A stretch of 29,228 bases of DNA from Candidatus Methylomirabilia bacterium (GTDB taxonomy: Bacteria > Methylomirabilota > Methylomirabilia > Rokubacteriales > CSP1-6). Location: assembly GCA_041497895.1 (NCBI GenBank), contig JBGQHJ010000051.1, positions 1-29,228 on the forward strand, given 5' to 3'. The notes beneath the pieces are model-generated. The model did no database searches. It was not told where the DNA came from and worked only from the letters and a program-made list of their open reading frames with translations. Shown piece by piece: positions 15,763 through 23,764 of the stretch. Numbering within the stretch: position 1 is the stretch's first letter; each line of letters starts with the position of its first letter. Both the position numbers and the translations under genes were made by a program.

Positions 15763-16758
15763 GTGGCGAAGAATCAGGGGTGGTTGAAGTGCTTCGGGTT
15801 CCTCGCCGTTCTCTTGGCTGTCGTGGGCGCGCCGCTCCCGGCAGGCGCCCAGTCCGTCGCCGGGAAGGTGCCGCGCGTGGGTGTCCTCGGAGTCACCTCT
15901 GCTGCCGGCTACGCGCGTCAGGTCGAGGCCATGCGGCAAGGATTTCACGACCTGGGCTACGTTGAGGGCCAGAATATGGTCCTCGAATACCGGTGGGCAG
16001 AGGGCCAATATGATCGGCTTCCTGCCCTCGCGGTTGAGCTGATCCGGCTCCAGCCGGACGTCATCGTCACGAGCGGGCCGGGAACCCGTGTCCTCAAGGA
16101 CGCGGCAACGACGATCCCCATCGTCATGGCGGTCGGCGGCGATGCGGTGGCGGAGGGACTCGTCGCCACCCTTGCACGGCCCGATGGAAACATCACTGGA
16201 TCAACCTTTTTCGGCCCAGAGCTCTCGGCCAAGCGCCTTGAGATCCTCAAAGAGGCTGTGCCTCGTCTGACCAGGGTCGCGGTCCTGCTGAATCCCAACC
16301 GCAACAATGGCCCGGACCTCGAACTCCTGAGGAAGACTGCCTCGACTCTGAATGTGGAGCTTCTCGAGGTGCCGGCGCGGGCCCCTCGGGAGTTCGATGA
16401 TGCCTTAGGGCTGATGCTCCGTCAGCGGGCAGATGGCCTCGTCATTCTCAGTGACTCGATGTTCGTTGCCAACATGCGACGTCTCGGTGAACTGTCCGCC
16501 GCGAAGCGCCTGCCCGGCGCCGGCTCGGACGCATACGCGGAGGGCGGCGGGCTGCTGGCCTACGGCGTGGACTTCCCTGAGCTCTGGCGGCGAGCGCCAT
16601 ACTTCGTGGACAAGATCCTCAAGGGCGGCACGCCGGCCACGATCCCGGTCGAGCAGGCCTCGAAATTCACACTGACTTTCAACCTCAGGACCGCCAGGGC
16701 CATGGGACTGCCGGTCCAGAAGTCCTTGCTTCTCCGGGCCGATCAGGTCATCGAGTAA
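15763..16758 (+). CDS. Orphan ABC transporter substrate-binding protein (type 1 periplasmic binding fold)
   Basis: SD AAGGAG, GTG 15763, signal peptide ending AGA-Q; KVPRVG, LGYVEGQN, EYRWAEG, IPIVMA, NITG, KRLEILKEAVP, GGLLAYG, VDKILKG, PVEQASKF, LLRADQVIE. Confidence 0.92.
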   Translation: MAKNQGWLKCFGFLAVLLAVVGAPLPAGAQSVAGKVPRVGVLGVTSAAGYARQVEAMRQGFHDLGYVEGQNMVLEYRWAEGQYDRLPALAVELIRLQPDVIVTSGPGTRVLKDAATTIPIVMAVGGDAVAEGLVATLARPDGNITGSTFFGPELSAKRLEILKEAVPRLTRVAVLLNPNRNNGPDLELLRKTASTLNVELLEVPARAPREFDDALGLMLRQRADGLVILSDSMFVANMRRLGELSAAKRLPGAGSDAYAEGGGLLAYGVDFPELWRRAPYFVDKILKGGTPATIPVEQASKFTLTFNLRTARAMGLPVQKSLLLRADQVIE

Positions 16759-16829
16759 GGGATGAGTAAAGAGTGCTGCGCAGGACTACGCTTTGGTCGC
16801 GGACGATCCACGGGGCCGAGGGGGGCGTC

Positions 16830-17432
16830 GTGATTGAATCACGCATTCGGTTCCGGTTCGCTCGCGTGGCTCTCTGCGTTCTTGGTATGTTGCTGATCGT
16901 CGGGCCGGGCTTGGCCGCGGGTGACTCCGTGGAAGGCTGGGCTGCGCTTGTCAAGGGTGGCCATGTTGCGCTGATTCGCCATGGCAACGCGCCGCCCGGC
17001 TACGGCGGTGACCCGCCCGGCTTCAGGATCGACGACTGCAAGACCCAACGGAATTTGGATGAGCTGGGGCGCCAGCAAGCCAGGGCACTTGGCGAGGCCT
17101 TCCGCAACCACGGCGTGCGCGTAGATCGAATCCTGTCCTCGCCATGGTGCCGCTGTCTGGAAACGGCCCGCTTGATGGCCGGCGGTCCCGTCGAGACTTC
17201 GTGGGCCCTCGTTCCGGACCGGGAGGCGAGTGTCGGGGTGCGGCTCCGCGAGTTGAAGGAGATCGTGTCCGCGTGGCGCGGACCGGGCACGCTCGTGCTC
17301 GTCACTCACGCCTTCACCGTTCGGGCGCTGATGGGGTTCCTGCCGAGCCAGGGTGAGATCACGGTGCTCAAACCAGGGTCCGGAAGTCCGGCGGGGGCCG
17401 ATTTTGTGGGCGTGATCGCGACGCCCGAATAG
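16830..17432 (+). CDS. Secreted histidine phosphatase family protein
   Basis: Signal-like N-terminus, LIRHG, DCKTQRNL, SSPWCRCLETA, LVLVTH; start uncertain (GTG 16830 with GAGGGGG upstream). Confidence 0.85.
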   Translation: MIESRIRFRFARVALCVLGMLLIVGPGLAAGDSVEGWAALVKGGHVALIRHGNAPPGYGGDPPGFRIDDCKTQRNLDELGRQQARALGEAFRNHGVRVDRILSSPWCRCLETARLMAGGPVETSWALVPDREASVGVRLRELKEIVSAWRGPGTLVLVTHAFTVRALMGFLPSQGEITVLKPGSGSPAGADFVGVIATPE

Positions 17433-17448
17433 CGAAGGAAGGCCTCGC

Positions 17449-17494
17449 GCTAGAGCGGACGCGCTTCGGGCGCCGCTCACCACCAGCGTTAGGT
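17449..17494 (+). mobile_element. Degenerate integron attC-like site (L'', variable hairpin, L', R' present; R'' missing)
   Basis: GCTAGAGC-GGACGCGCTTCGGGCGCC-GCTCACC-ACCAGC-GTTAGGT; R' matches GTTRRRY exactly with a 6-nt L'-R' spacer; no RYYYAAC upstream. Confidence 0.55.
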
Positions 17495-17538
17495 GCCACG
17501 ATTGCACCCCCCACGTTCACCGAGGAGCGATCAACGTC

Positions 17539-17619
17539 GTGTCGAAACCCCGTGTTCAGAGCTTCGCGGTGGAGAACTTCAATGTCCCGCGTGGTTGGCG
17601 GCGGCGCCTGGCGCGGTGA
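17539..17619 (+). pseudogene. Possible 5' remnant of a DHFR/RibD-C-family gene
   Basis: GAGGAG then GTG: MSKPRVQSFAV resembles the recalled N-terminus MSKLRVxSFxxSxDG of DHFR-family proteins, then diverges and stops after 26 codons. Confidence 0.3.
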
Positions 17620-17635
17620 CTCTCTGGTCTGCGGC

Positions 17636-17641
17636 TATAAT
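17636..17641 (+). promoter_or_regulatory. Consensus -10 hexamer TATAAT upstream of the DUF2277-nitrilase-YciI-LLM genes
   Basis: Perfect TATAAT in GC-rich intergenic DNA, 54 nt before ATG 17696 (SD AGGAGG). Confidence 0.55.
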
Positions 17642-17695
17642 GTGGGCGCCCGGCGGCCGCGGTAGCGAGAGCCCGAGGGGTCAGGAGGTTCTGGT

Positions 17696-17986
17696 ATGTG
17701 CCGAAGCATCAAGACGCTGCACAATTTCAAGCCACCGGCCACGGAGGAGGAGATCCGGGCATCGTCGCTCCAGTTCGTCCGGAAGCTGAGCGGCTTCTCG
17801 AGGCCGTCCAGGGCCAACGAGGTGGTCTTCGACCGAGCGGTGGACGAGGTGGCGCAGGCCGCCCGGACCTTGCTGAACGCGCTCGTCACGAACGCGCCGC
17901 CGCGCGATCGCGAGGTCGAAGCGTCGAAGGCCCGCGCGAAGGCGGCGGACCGTTTTCGCTCTCCGGACACGAGACAGGCCAGCTAG
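17696..17986 (+). CDS. DUF2277 domain-containing protein
   Basis: MCRSIKTLHNFKPPATEEEIRASSLQFVRKLSGF...PSRANE signature; SD AGGAGG. Confidence 0.9.
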   Translation: MCRSIKTLHNFKPPATEEEIRASSLQFVRKLSGFSRPSRANEVVFDRAVDEVAQAARTLLNALVTNAPPRDREVEASKARAKAADRFRSPDTRQAS

Positions 17987-18001
17987 GCGGAGGGGTCATC
18001 C

Positions 18002-18805
18002 ATGATCGTCGCCCTGGCTTCGCCCGGTATCGCCTCGAGCCTTGACGACGGCCTCGACCGGATGAAGCGGCTCCTGTCCGAGGCGGCGGCCCAGGGGGCG
18101 GAGATCGTGTGCTTCCCGGAAGCCTACCTCCCGGGCTTGCGGGGCCAGGACTTCGAGGTATTTCCGTTCGAGCGGGCGCAGCAGGAGCGGGTGCTCCAGG
18201 TGGTGGGGGAGTGGGCGAGAACGTATGCGGTGGCCGCCATCGTGGGCATGGAGAGGCTCACCGACGCAGGCCGGCAGATTGCCGCCTTCGTCATCGACGC
18301 CCGGGGCCAGGTTCAGGGCTGCCAGACCAAGAACCAGCTGGATCCGAGCGAGGACCGCTTCTACGTGCCGGGGAATACCCGGCAGCTCTTCGAGGTCAAC
18401 GGAACCAGGTTCGGAGTGGCGATCTGCCACGAGGGCTGGCGCTATCCCGAGACGGTGCGATGGGCGGCGGTGCGGGGCGCCAAGATCGTCTTTCATCCTC
18501 AGCTCACCGGCAGCGATCGGGAAGGGGTACGTCCCACGCAGTGGGGCGCGGCCGGCGGAGCGTACTACGAGAAGGCGATGATGATGCGCAGCATCGAGAA
18601 CGCGATCTACTTCGCCAGCGTCAACTACGGCATGCGCTTCCAGGAGTCGGCGACGAGCCTCATCGCTCCGTCAGGTCAGTGCCAGGCCTACTTGCCCTAC
18701 GGGCAGGAAGGCGTGCTGGTGCAGCGCATCAAGCTCGAGGAAGCGACCGGCCTGCTGGCCGCTCGATACGCCCCCGAGCGCTATCGAGAGTTCAAGCCGG
18801 AGTGA
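18002..18805 (+). CDS. Carbon-nitrogen hydrolase (nitrilase superfamily)
   Basis: Glu-Lys-Cys triad: VCFPEA, QTKNQL, AICHEG; RSIENAIYFASVN. Confidence 0.92.
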   Translation: MIVALASPGIASSLDDGLDRMKRLLSEAAAQGAEIVCFPEAYLPGLRGQDFEVFPFERAQQERVLQVVGEWARTYAVAAIVGMERLTDAGRQIAAFVIDARGQVQGCQTKNQLDPSEDRFYVPGNTRQLFEVNGTRFGVAICHEGWRYPETVRWAAVRGAKIVFHPQLTGSDREGVRPTQWGAAGGAYYEKAMMMRSIENAIYFASVNYGMRFQESATSLIAPSGQCQAYLPYGQEGVLVQRIKLEEATGLLAARYAPERYREFKPE

Positions 18806-19146
18806 GCGCCCAGGGCCCCGAAAGCACGACGCGGCGGACGTTCGTGGTCATCCGCACCCGCGGCCCGGCGTGGCAGGACGGCCGACCACTGGAGAGCCAG
18901 GCCGACTGGACGGGTCACGCGGCGTTCATGAATGCCCTCGCGAAGGAGGGGTTCGTGATCCTCGGCGGCCCGCTCGAAAATACCGCCGACGTGCTGCTGG
19001 TGGTGAGGGCCGCCACTGCCGACGAGGCTCGCTCCCGGCTGGCGGAGGATCCCTGGACGCACAACGATCTCCTCCGCATCAGCCGGGTCGCGCCCTGGAC
19101 GCTGCGCCTGGGATCGCTGGCGCGCGCGGATCGCCTGATCGAGTGA
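18802..19146 (+). CDS. YciI-like protein
   Basis: GTGA overlap with the nitrilase stop; WTGHAAFM, GFVILGGPL, RLAEDPW. Confidence 0.8.
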   Translation: MSAQGPESTTRRTFVVIRTRGPAWQDGRPLESQADWTGHAAFMNALAKEGFVILGGPLENTADVLLVVRAATADEARSRLAEDPWTHNDLLRISRVAPWTLRLGSLARADRLIE

Positions 19147-20129
19147 TCGTCAACCTGCGGGTGCCGGTGGGCCGGCCGCTTCCCGAGCTCGCCGGGTTCG
19201 TCGCGCGCTGCGAGTCGGCCGGGCTCGACGGCGTCGGCATCCACGACCACCCATCGAGCGGCCGCGACGCCTACCTCGCCCTGGCCCTCGCCGCGGGCGC
19301 GACCCGGCGGCTCCGCCTGTTCCCGGCCACCTCGAGCCCGCTCGTGCGGCATCCGCTCCTCCTCGCCTCGCTCGCGCACGGCCTGGAGGAGCTCGCGCCC
19401 GGCCGCGCCCGTCTCACCATGGCGCCGGGCTTCATCTCGACGCGCAGCGTGGGCCGGCCCCGCGCCACCGTCGCGGTGATGCGCGAGGCGGTGCGCGACG
19501 TGCGGCGGCTCCTGGCCGGCGAGGCGGTCGACTTCGGGCCGGCGGAGACGCGCCTTCGCAACCGCAGCGCGGTGCCGACGCCGGTGTTCCTGCTCGCGGC
19601 GGGCCCGCGCATGATCGAGCTGGCCGGTGAGATCGCCGACGGCGCGTTCCTGATGGTCGGCCTCGACGCGGCGGCGATCGGCGCGGCGCGGCGCCACCTG
19701 GCCGAGGGGGCGCGGCGGGCCGGCCGGTCGCTCGAGGGCTTCCCGGTGGTCTTCGTGGTCACCCTCGGCCTGGGTGCCGATGGCGACGTGGGCGCGCGCT
19801 GGGTGCGGAGCTGGTTCGCGCCGGGGCAGCCCTTCCTCGCGTACCCGAGCGTCGCGAACCTCCGCTGGCTCGCCGAGGCGGGTCTGGCATTGCCGGAGCC
19901 GCTCGATCCCGCCGCGATCCCCGAGGACCGGGCGCGCCGCATCGCGGACGCGTTCGGGCTCTTCGGCCCGCCGGAGCGCTGTGCGGAGCGGCTGCTGCGG
20001 GCTCGAGAGGAGGCGGGCGTCGAGGAGGTGTTCCTCTTCCCGGCGCACGATCTGGCCGGTGGCTACGAGATGCCGGAGGCGGAGGTGGAGTCCTTCGAGC
20101 GTGTGATCCGGCCGCGGCTCGGCGGCTAG
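19143..20129 (+). CDS. LLM-class flavin-dependent oxidoreductase
   Basis: GTGA overlap; GIHDH, PLVRHPLLLAS, ELAPGR, AAGPRMIELAGEIADG. Confidence 0.9.
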   Translation: MIVNLRVPVGRPLPELAGFVARCESAGLDGVGIHDHPSSGRDAYLALALAAGATRRLRLFPATSSPLVRHPLLLASLAHGLEELAPGRARLTMAPGFISTRSVGRPRATVAVMREAVRDVRRLLAGEAVDFGPAETRLRNRSAVPTPVFLLAAGPRMIELAGEIADGAFLMVGLDAAAIGAARRHLAEGARRAGRSLEGFPVVFVVTLGLGADGDVGARWVRSWFAPGQPFLAYPSVANLRWLAEAGLALPEPLDPAAIPEDRARRIADAFGLFGPPERCAERLLRAREEAGVEEVFLFPAHDLAGGYEMPEAEVESFERVIRPRLGG

Positions 20130-21406
20130 CCGCGGCGCGGGCGCCCGAGCCACGCGGCGGCGGCCGCGCCCGACAGCAGCAGGGGCAACCCGAGCCAGAA
20201 TCGCTGGCGCGCCCGCGCGTGCGCCCGCAGGGTGGCCAGCACCATGCGGTCGCCCGCGACGATCTCGGCCCGCCCGGCCAGGAACTGGCGCAGCCGCTCC
20301 TGGTGCTCGGCCGGCATCGCGCGCGTGCCCCACTGCACGTCCTGCTGGAGCCCGCGCAGCCGGGCGAGCTCGGCGATGCCGCGCTCCATCGCCTCCCGGC
20401 TGTCGCGGTGGGCGGCGCGCTCGGCCGGCGTCAGGAAGGCCAGGCGCACCGACGGCGCGGCGGTCTCGATCCCGTCGAGCCACGGGTGATCCATCGCCGG
20501 GAACAGGAGGAGCAGCAGCCCGGCTGTCGCGACCGCGAGGGCGATCAGCGTGGCCACGCCCCGGAGCGCGGCGGCACCCTGCGCGCGCAGCCGCTGAGCC
20601 AGCCGGCGGGTGCCCAGGCCCAGCGCCACCAGCGCCGTCAGCCCGCCGAAGGACGTGACCACCGCGGCGCCGGTCGGGAGATCCCACGCGAACGAGGCCC
20701 AGAGCCCGGCTGCGCTCACCAGCGCGCCCACGCCCCAGCCGATCAGGAGACGCCCCGGCACGGAGGCGGTGACCAGCGACGCCACCGCGGCGGGCACGAT
20801 CAGGTACGAGAACACGAGCAGCACCCCGGCCAGGCGGACCGAGCTGGTCACCACGATGCCGAACGTGACGTAGAAGACGAGGTCCCAGGCGCGCAGGCGC
20901 CGGCCGTGGGCCCGCGCGGCCTCCGGGTCGAGTGAGATCTCGAGGAGCGGCCGGCGCACCGCCGCGTGTAGCGCGCCGATCACCGCGTAGAGCAGCGCGA
21001 GCTGCGCCACCTCGCGGCCGGTCACGGTGAGGATGCTGCCCACCAGCAGCGTCTTGATGTGCTCGCCGCCCTGGGGCGCGCGGTCCACCACCAGGACCGC
21101 GGCCGCCGCGGAGACCGCGTAGACGATGCCGATCACCGCCTCCTGGGGCAGGGGCGCGCGGTGCACGCGGCTCGCCGCGAAGAGCGCGGCCCCGCCCACC
21201 GTGAAGGTGAGCGCGTACCAGTAGGCCGCGTCGCTCTGGATGGGGTGCCCGGCCAGGAAGGCCACGCTGATGCCGAGGGCGGCCACCTGGGCCAGGGCCA
21301 GGTCCACGAAGATCACTCCGCGGGCCAGCACGTGCAGGCCCAGGTAGACGTGGATGCCGGTGAGGATCAGGCAGGCGAGGAACGGCAGCCACAGGAAGTC
21401 GAGCAT
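20126..21406 (-). CDS. Metal ABC transporter permease (ZnuB/MntB, ABC-3) with ~150-aa C-terminal extension
   Basis: ATG 21406: HVYLGLHVLARGVIFVDLALAQ, EAVIGIVY, LLVGSIL, SSVRLAGVLLVFSYLIVPA, DLPTGAAVV; 426 aa. Confidence 0.9.
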   Translation of the reverse strand: MLDFLWLPFLACLILTGIHVYLGLHVLARGVIFVDLALAQVAALGISVAFLAGHPIQSDAAYWYALTFTVGGAALFAASRVHRAPLPQEAVIGIVYAVSAAAAVLVVDRAPQGGEHIKTLLVGSILTVTGREVAQLALLYAVIGALHAAVRRPLLEISLDPEAARAHGRRLRAWDLVFYVTFGIVVTSSVRLAGVLLVFSYLIVPAAVASLVTASVPGRLLIGWGVGALVSAAGLWASFAWDLPTGAAVVTSFGGLTALVALGLGTRRLAQRLRAQGAAALRGVATLIALAVATAGLLLLLFPAMDHPWLDGIETAAPSVRLAFLTPAERAAHRDSREAMERGIAELARLRGLQQDVQWGTRAMPAEHQERLRQFLAGRAEIVAGDRMVLATLRAHARARQRFWLGLPLLLSGAAAAAWLGRPRRG

Positions 21407-22329
21407 CAGCGGGCGGCCGGGGCGGCAGCCAGTGCGGCCACGAGGCGCGATACGTTGACGTCGAAGAGGGCCAGGTAGTCGCGGGCCTCGGGGTCGCCTC
21501 CCACCGAGGGAATCAGCGTCACCGCGCGGGCTCCGGCGCGCGCGGCCACCTGGGCCACCAGGGAGGCGCTGGTGGACGGCTCGGCGATGATCAGCCGCAC
21601 GCCGGCGGACTTCATGCGGGCGGTGAGCGCGGCCAGGTACGCGGCGGACGGCGGCACGCCGGGCGTCGGCTCGAGGGCGGCGACGACCATGAGGCCGAAG
21701 CGGCGCGCGAAGTAGGGCCAGCTCTCGTGCGCCACCACCACGCGAGTGCCCGCGTACGGGGCGAGCGCGCTCCGCCAGCGCCCGAGGCCCGCGTCGAGGC
21801 CCTGCAGGAAGCGGGCGCGGTTGCTCCTGAAGACCGCGGCGTCCGCGGGGGCCAGCCCCACCAGCGCCGCCTGGATGCGCTCGGTGATGGGCCGCGCGTT
21901 CTCGGGGTCGAGCCAGTAGTGAGGGTTGCCGAAGCCGTGCACGTGCACCCCACGCTCGGCGCGCACCCGCGCGGTCTCGGCGTCCAGCAGCGCGATGCCG
22001 CGCGAGACGTCGAGGTCGGCCGGACCGCCGGGCAGGAGGCGCGGCTCTCCCACCGTGGCGAGCGGGCGGGCCAGCCACGGCTCGTGGTCGAGGCCGATGC
22101 GCACCAGCAGCGCGGCCGCGCGCAGGTCGACGAGGGCGCCCGGCTTCACGTCCACGCTGTGCGGATCGTGGAGCGCGGGGGCCAGGCTCGTGACGTGCAC
22201 GCGGTCGCCCCCCACCGTCTCGACGAGCGCCCGCAGATCGGTGGTGGTGGTGACGACGGGCAGGGGGCCGCCGCCCCACGCGGGAGCGGCGGCCAGCCAG
22301 AGCAGCGCGCCGGCGAGCGCGCTGCGCAC
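21406..22329 (-). CDS. Metal (Zn/Mn) ABC transporter substrate-binding protein, ZnuA/TroA family
   Basis: Signal peptide; VVTTTTDL, HDPH, HVHGFGNPHYWLDP, HESWPYFARRFGL, EPTPGVPPS. Confidence 0.93.
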   Translation of the reverse strand: MRSALAGALLWLAAAPAWGGGPLPVVTTTTDLRALVETVGGDRVHVTSLAPALHDPHSVDVKPGALVDLRAAALLVRIGLDHEPWLARPLATVGEPRLLPGGPADLDVSRGIALLDAETARVRAERGVHVHGFGNPHYWLDPENARPITERIQAALVGLAPADAAVFRSNRARFLQGLDAGLGRWRSALAPYAGTRVVVAHESWPYFARRFGLMVVAALEPTPGVPPSAAYLAALTARMKSAGVRLIIAEPSTSASLVAQVAARAGARAVTLIPSVGGDPEARDYLALFDVNVSRLVAALAAAPAAR

Positions 22330-23456
22330 TACGACTTCTTGGCGAAGATGCTCTTGGGCATCATGCAGTGCACGCCCTTGCGGACGTCCACCACCTGGCT
22401 CACCCGGCAGTCGCCGACCATGGAGGTCAGCGAGTAGGCCTCGTAGCGCGTGAGCGGCACCATCTTCTGGGCGGCCAGGAAGTCGACCGTCTCCCGCACC
22501 GCGATGACCATCGCCTTGTTCAGGTCCTCGTCGAAGCCGGTCATGATGTAGTGGGTCGGGGTCTCGATGCGCGGGAACTCGACCTTCATGTCCTTGCGCA
22601 CGATGAGCTGCATGACGATCTCACGGTAGGAGCACTCGAGCGCGGTGAGGTTGACCTCGCCGTTGCCCTGGCGGCAGTGCGAGTCACCCGTCCACACCAG
22701 GCCGCCCTTGAGGAAGACCGGGATGAAGATCGTCGTCCCGGCCTGCAGCTCGTTGATGTCCATGTTGGAGCCGTTCTTCCAGGGTCGCAGCGTGGAGACC
22801 GGGGCCATCGGATCGGTGGAGCCGCCCTTGCGGGGCGAGGGGTCCTTGGGATCGATGCCGACCGCGAGGGTGCCCGGGAACGGCTGCAGGTCGATGGTGA
22901 CGCCGGGCTTGAACTCGGCCTGCTTCTTGTCGAGGTCGAGATAGAAGTACTTCACGAAGCCGTCCGGCATCTCGGACGCGAGCGCGCCGATGGTGGGGAA
23001 CTCCTTGCCCGGCAGGTTGAAGTTGGTGGCGAAGGCCTTGGGCGTGATCTTGAGGATGCGGATCTCCATCACGTCGCCCGGCTCGGCTCCGGTGACATAG
23101 ATGGGGCCGGTCATGGAGTGGGGCCCGCCGCCCGGGTTGGCCTTCCGCAGCGCCACGATCTCCTCCATGGTGGTGCCGGGCTGGATCTTGTTGTGCGCGT
23201 GCATCATGGTCTCGACCGCCACCGTGTCGCCCGAGCTGACCACGAGCTTCGGCGGCTCGTTCGGATCGAGCCAGCCCCACTGGGTGGTCTCGAGCGTGGC
23301 CGGCAGCACGTGGAAGGTGCCGCCGGAGACCGCGACCTTCCGATCACGCTTGGCCTCGTCGGGGGCCTGCGCCAGCGCGTAGAAGCCCACCGCGAGCAGG
23401 CTGGCGAGCGAGGCGAAGGCGGCGAGCAGCCACTTACGGGTCCTGAGCCTGGCCAT
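22329..23456 (-). CDS. Acetamidase/formamidase-family protein with signal peptide
   Basis: [60 protein letters not shown]-terminus [14 protein letters not shown]...ALA-Q; SD AGGAGG. Confidence 0.92.
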   Translation of the reverse strand: MARLRTRKWLLAAFASLASLLAVGFYALAQAPDEAKRDRKVAVSGGTFHVLPATLETTQWGWLDPNEPPKLVVSSGDTVAVETMMHAHNKIQPGTTMEEIVALRKANPGGGPHSMTGPIYVTGAEPGDVMEIRILKITPKAFATNFNLPGKEFPTIGALASEMPDGFVKYFYLDLDKKQAEFKPGVTIDLQPFPGTLAVGIDPKDPSPRKGGSTDPMAPVSTLRPWKNGSNMDINELQAGTTIFIPVFLKGGLVWTGDSHCRQGNGEVNLTALECSYREIVMQLIVRKDMKVEFPRIETPTHYIMTGFDEDLNKAMVIAVRETVDFLAAQKMVPLTRYEAYSLTSMVGDCRVSQVVDVRKGVHCMMPKSIFAKKS

Positions 23457-23522
23457 TCACGTGTCCTCCTGTAAGGGTGTCGGGTCACGTGCCGGTACTC
23501 CCTCGGACCGACCGCGGGCGGC

Positions 23523-23531
23523 ATTCTAGCA
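23523..23531 (-). promoter_or_regulatory. Extended -10 element (TGcTAGAAT) for the amidase / metal-ABC operon
   Basis: ATTCTAGCA on the plus strand, 66 nt upstream of ATG 23456; same motif class as the other intergenic elements. Confidence 0.6.
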
Positions 23532-23688
23532 GGCTCCCGCGATCTTCGGGGGCTGGGACATCGCCTCCTCGGTCGCCGGGGCGACGGCGCCTCACCCGGG
23601 CCCACGTCGTCGCGACGGCCGCTCCATCTCGCCCGAATGGTTCAATCGCCATACGCATTTGCGGTCGGCCCCGGGCTGACTCCTTCGC

Positions 23689-23704
23689 TGGCACCCGGCT
23701 TGCT
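23689..23704 (+). promoter_or_regulatory. Sigma-54 (-24/-12) promoter of the cbb3 oxidase operon
   Basis: TGGCAC-CCGGC-TTGCT, an exact match to TGGCAC-N5-TTGCW, 60 nt before the GTG start. Confidence 0.8.
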
Positions 23705-23764
23705 CCCGTCCCTCCTGACGATGCGGTGTTCCCAACACGTGAACCTTGTCAAGGAGACGGCGGC

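Noticed and set aside
20122..20133. GCGGCTAGCCGC palindrome at overlapping convergent stop codons
   Set aside because: Explained by a shared CTAG stop overlap in GC-rich context; too short to call regulatory.
7909..23764. Long N-terminal extensions in the ORF track (starts at 7909, 12875, 14464, 15484, 18109, 18870, 22279, 23477)
   Set aside because: Downstream starts have better SD sequences or stop/start overlaps and coincide with where family similarity begins.
23532..23764. FNR/FixK box or IHF site upstream of ccoNO
   Set aside because: No TTGAT-N4-ATCAA or convincing WATCAA-N4-TTR match seen.
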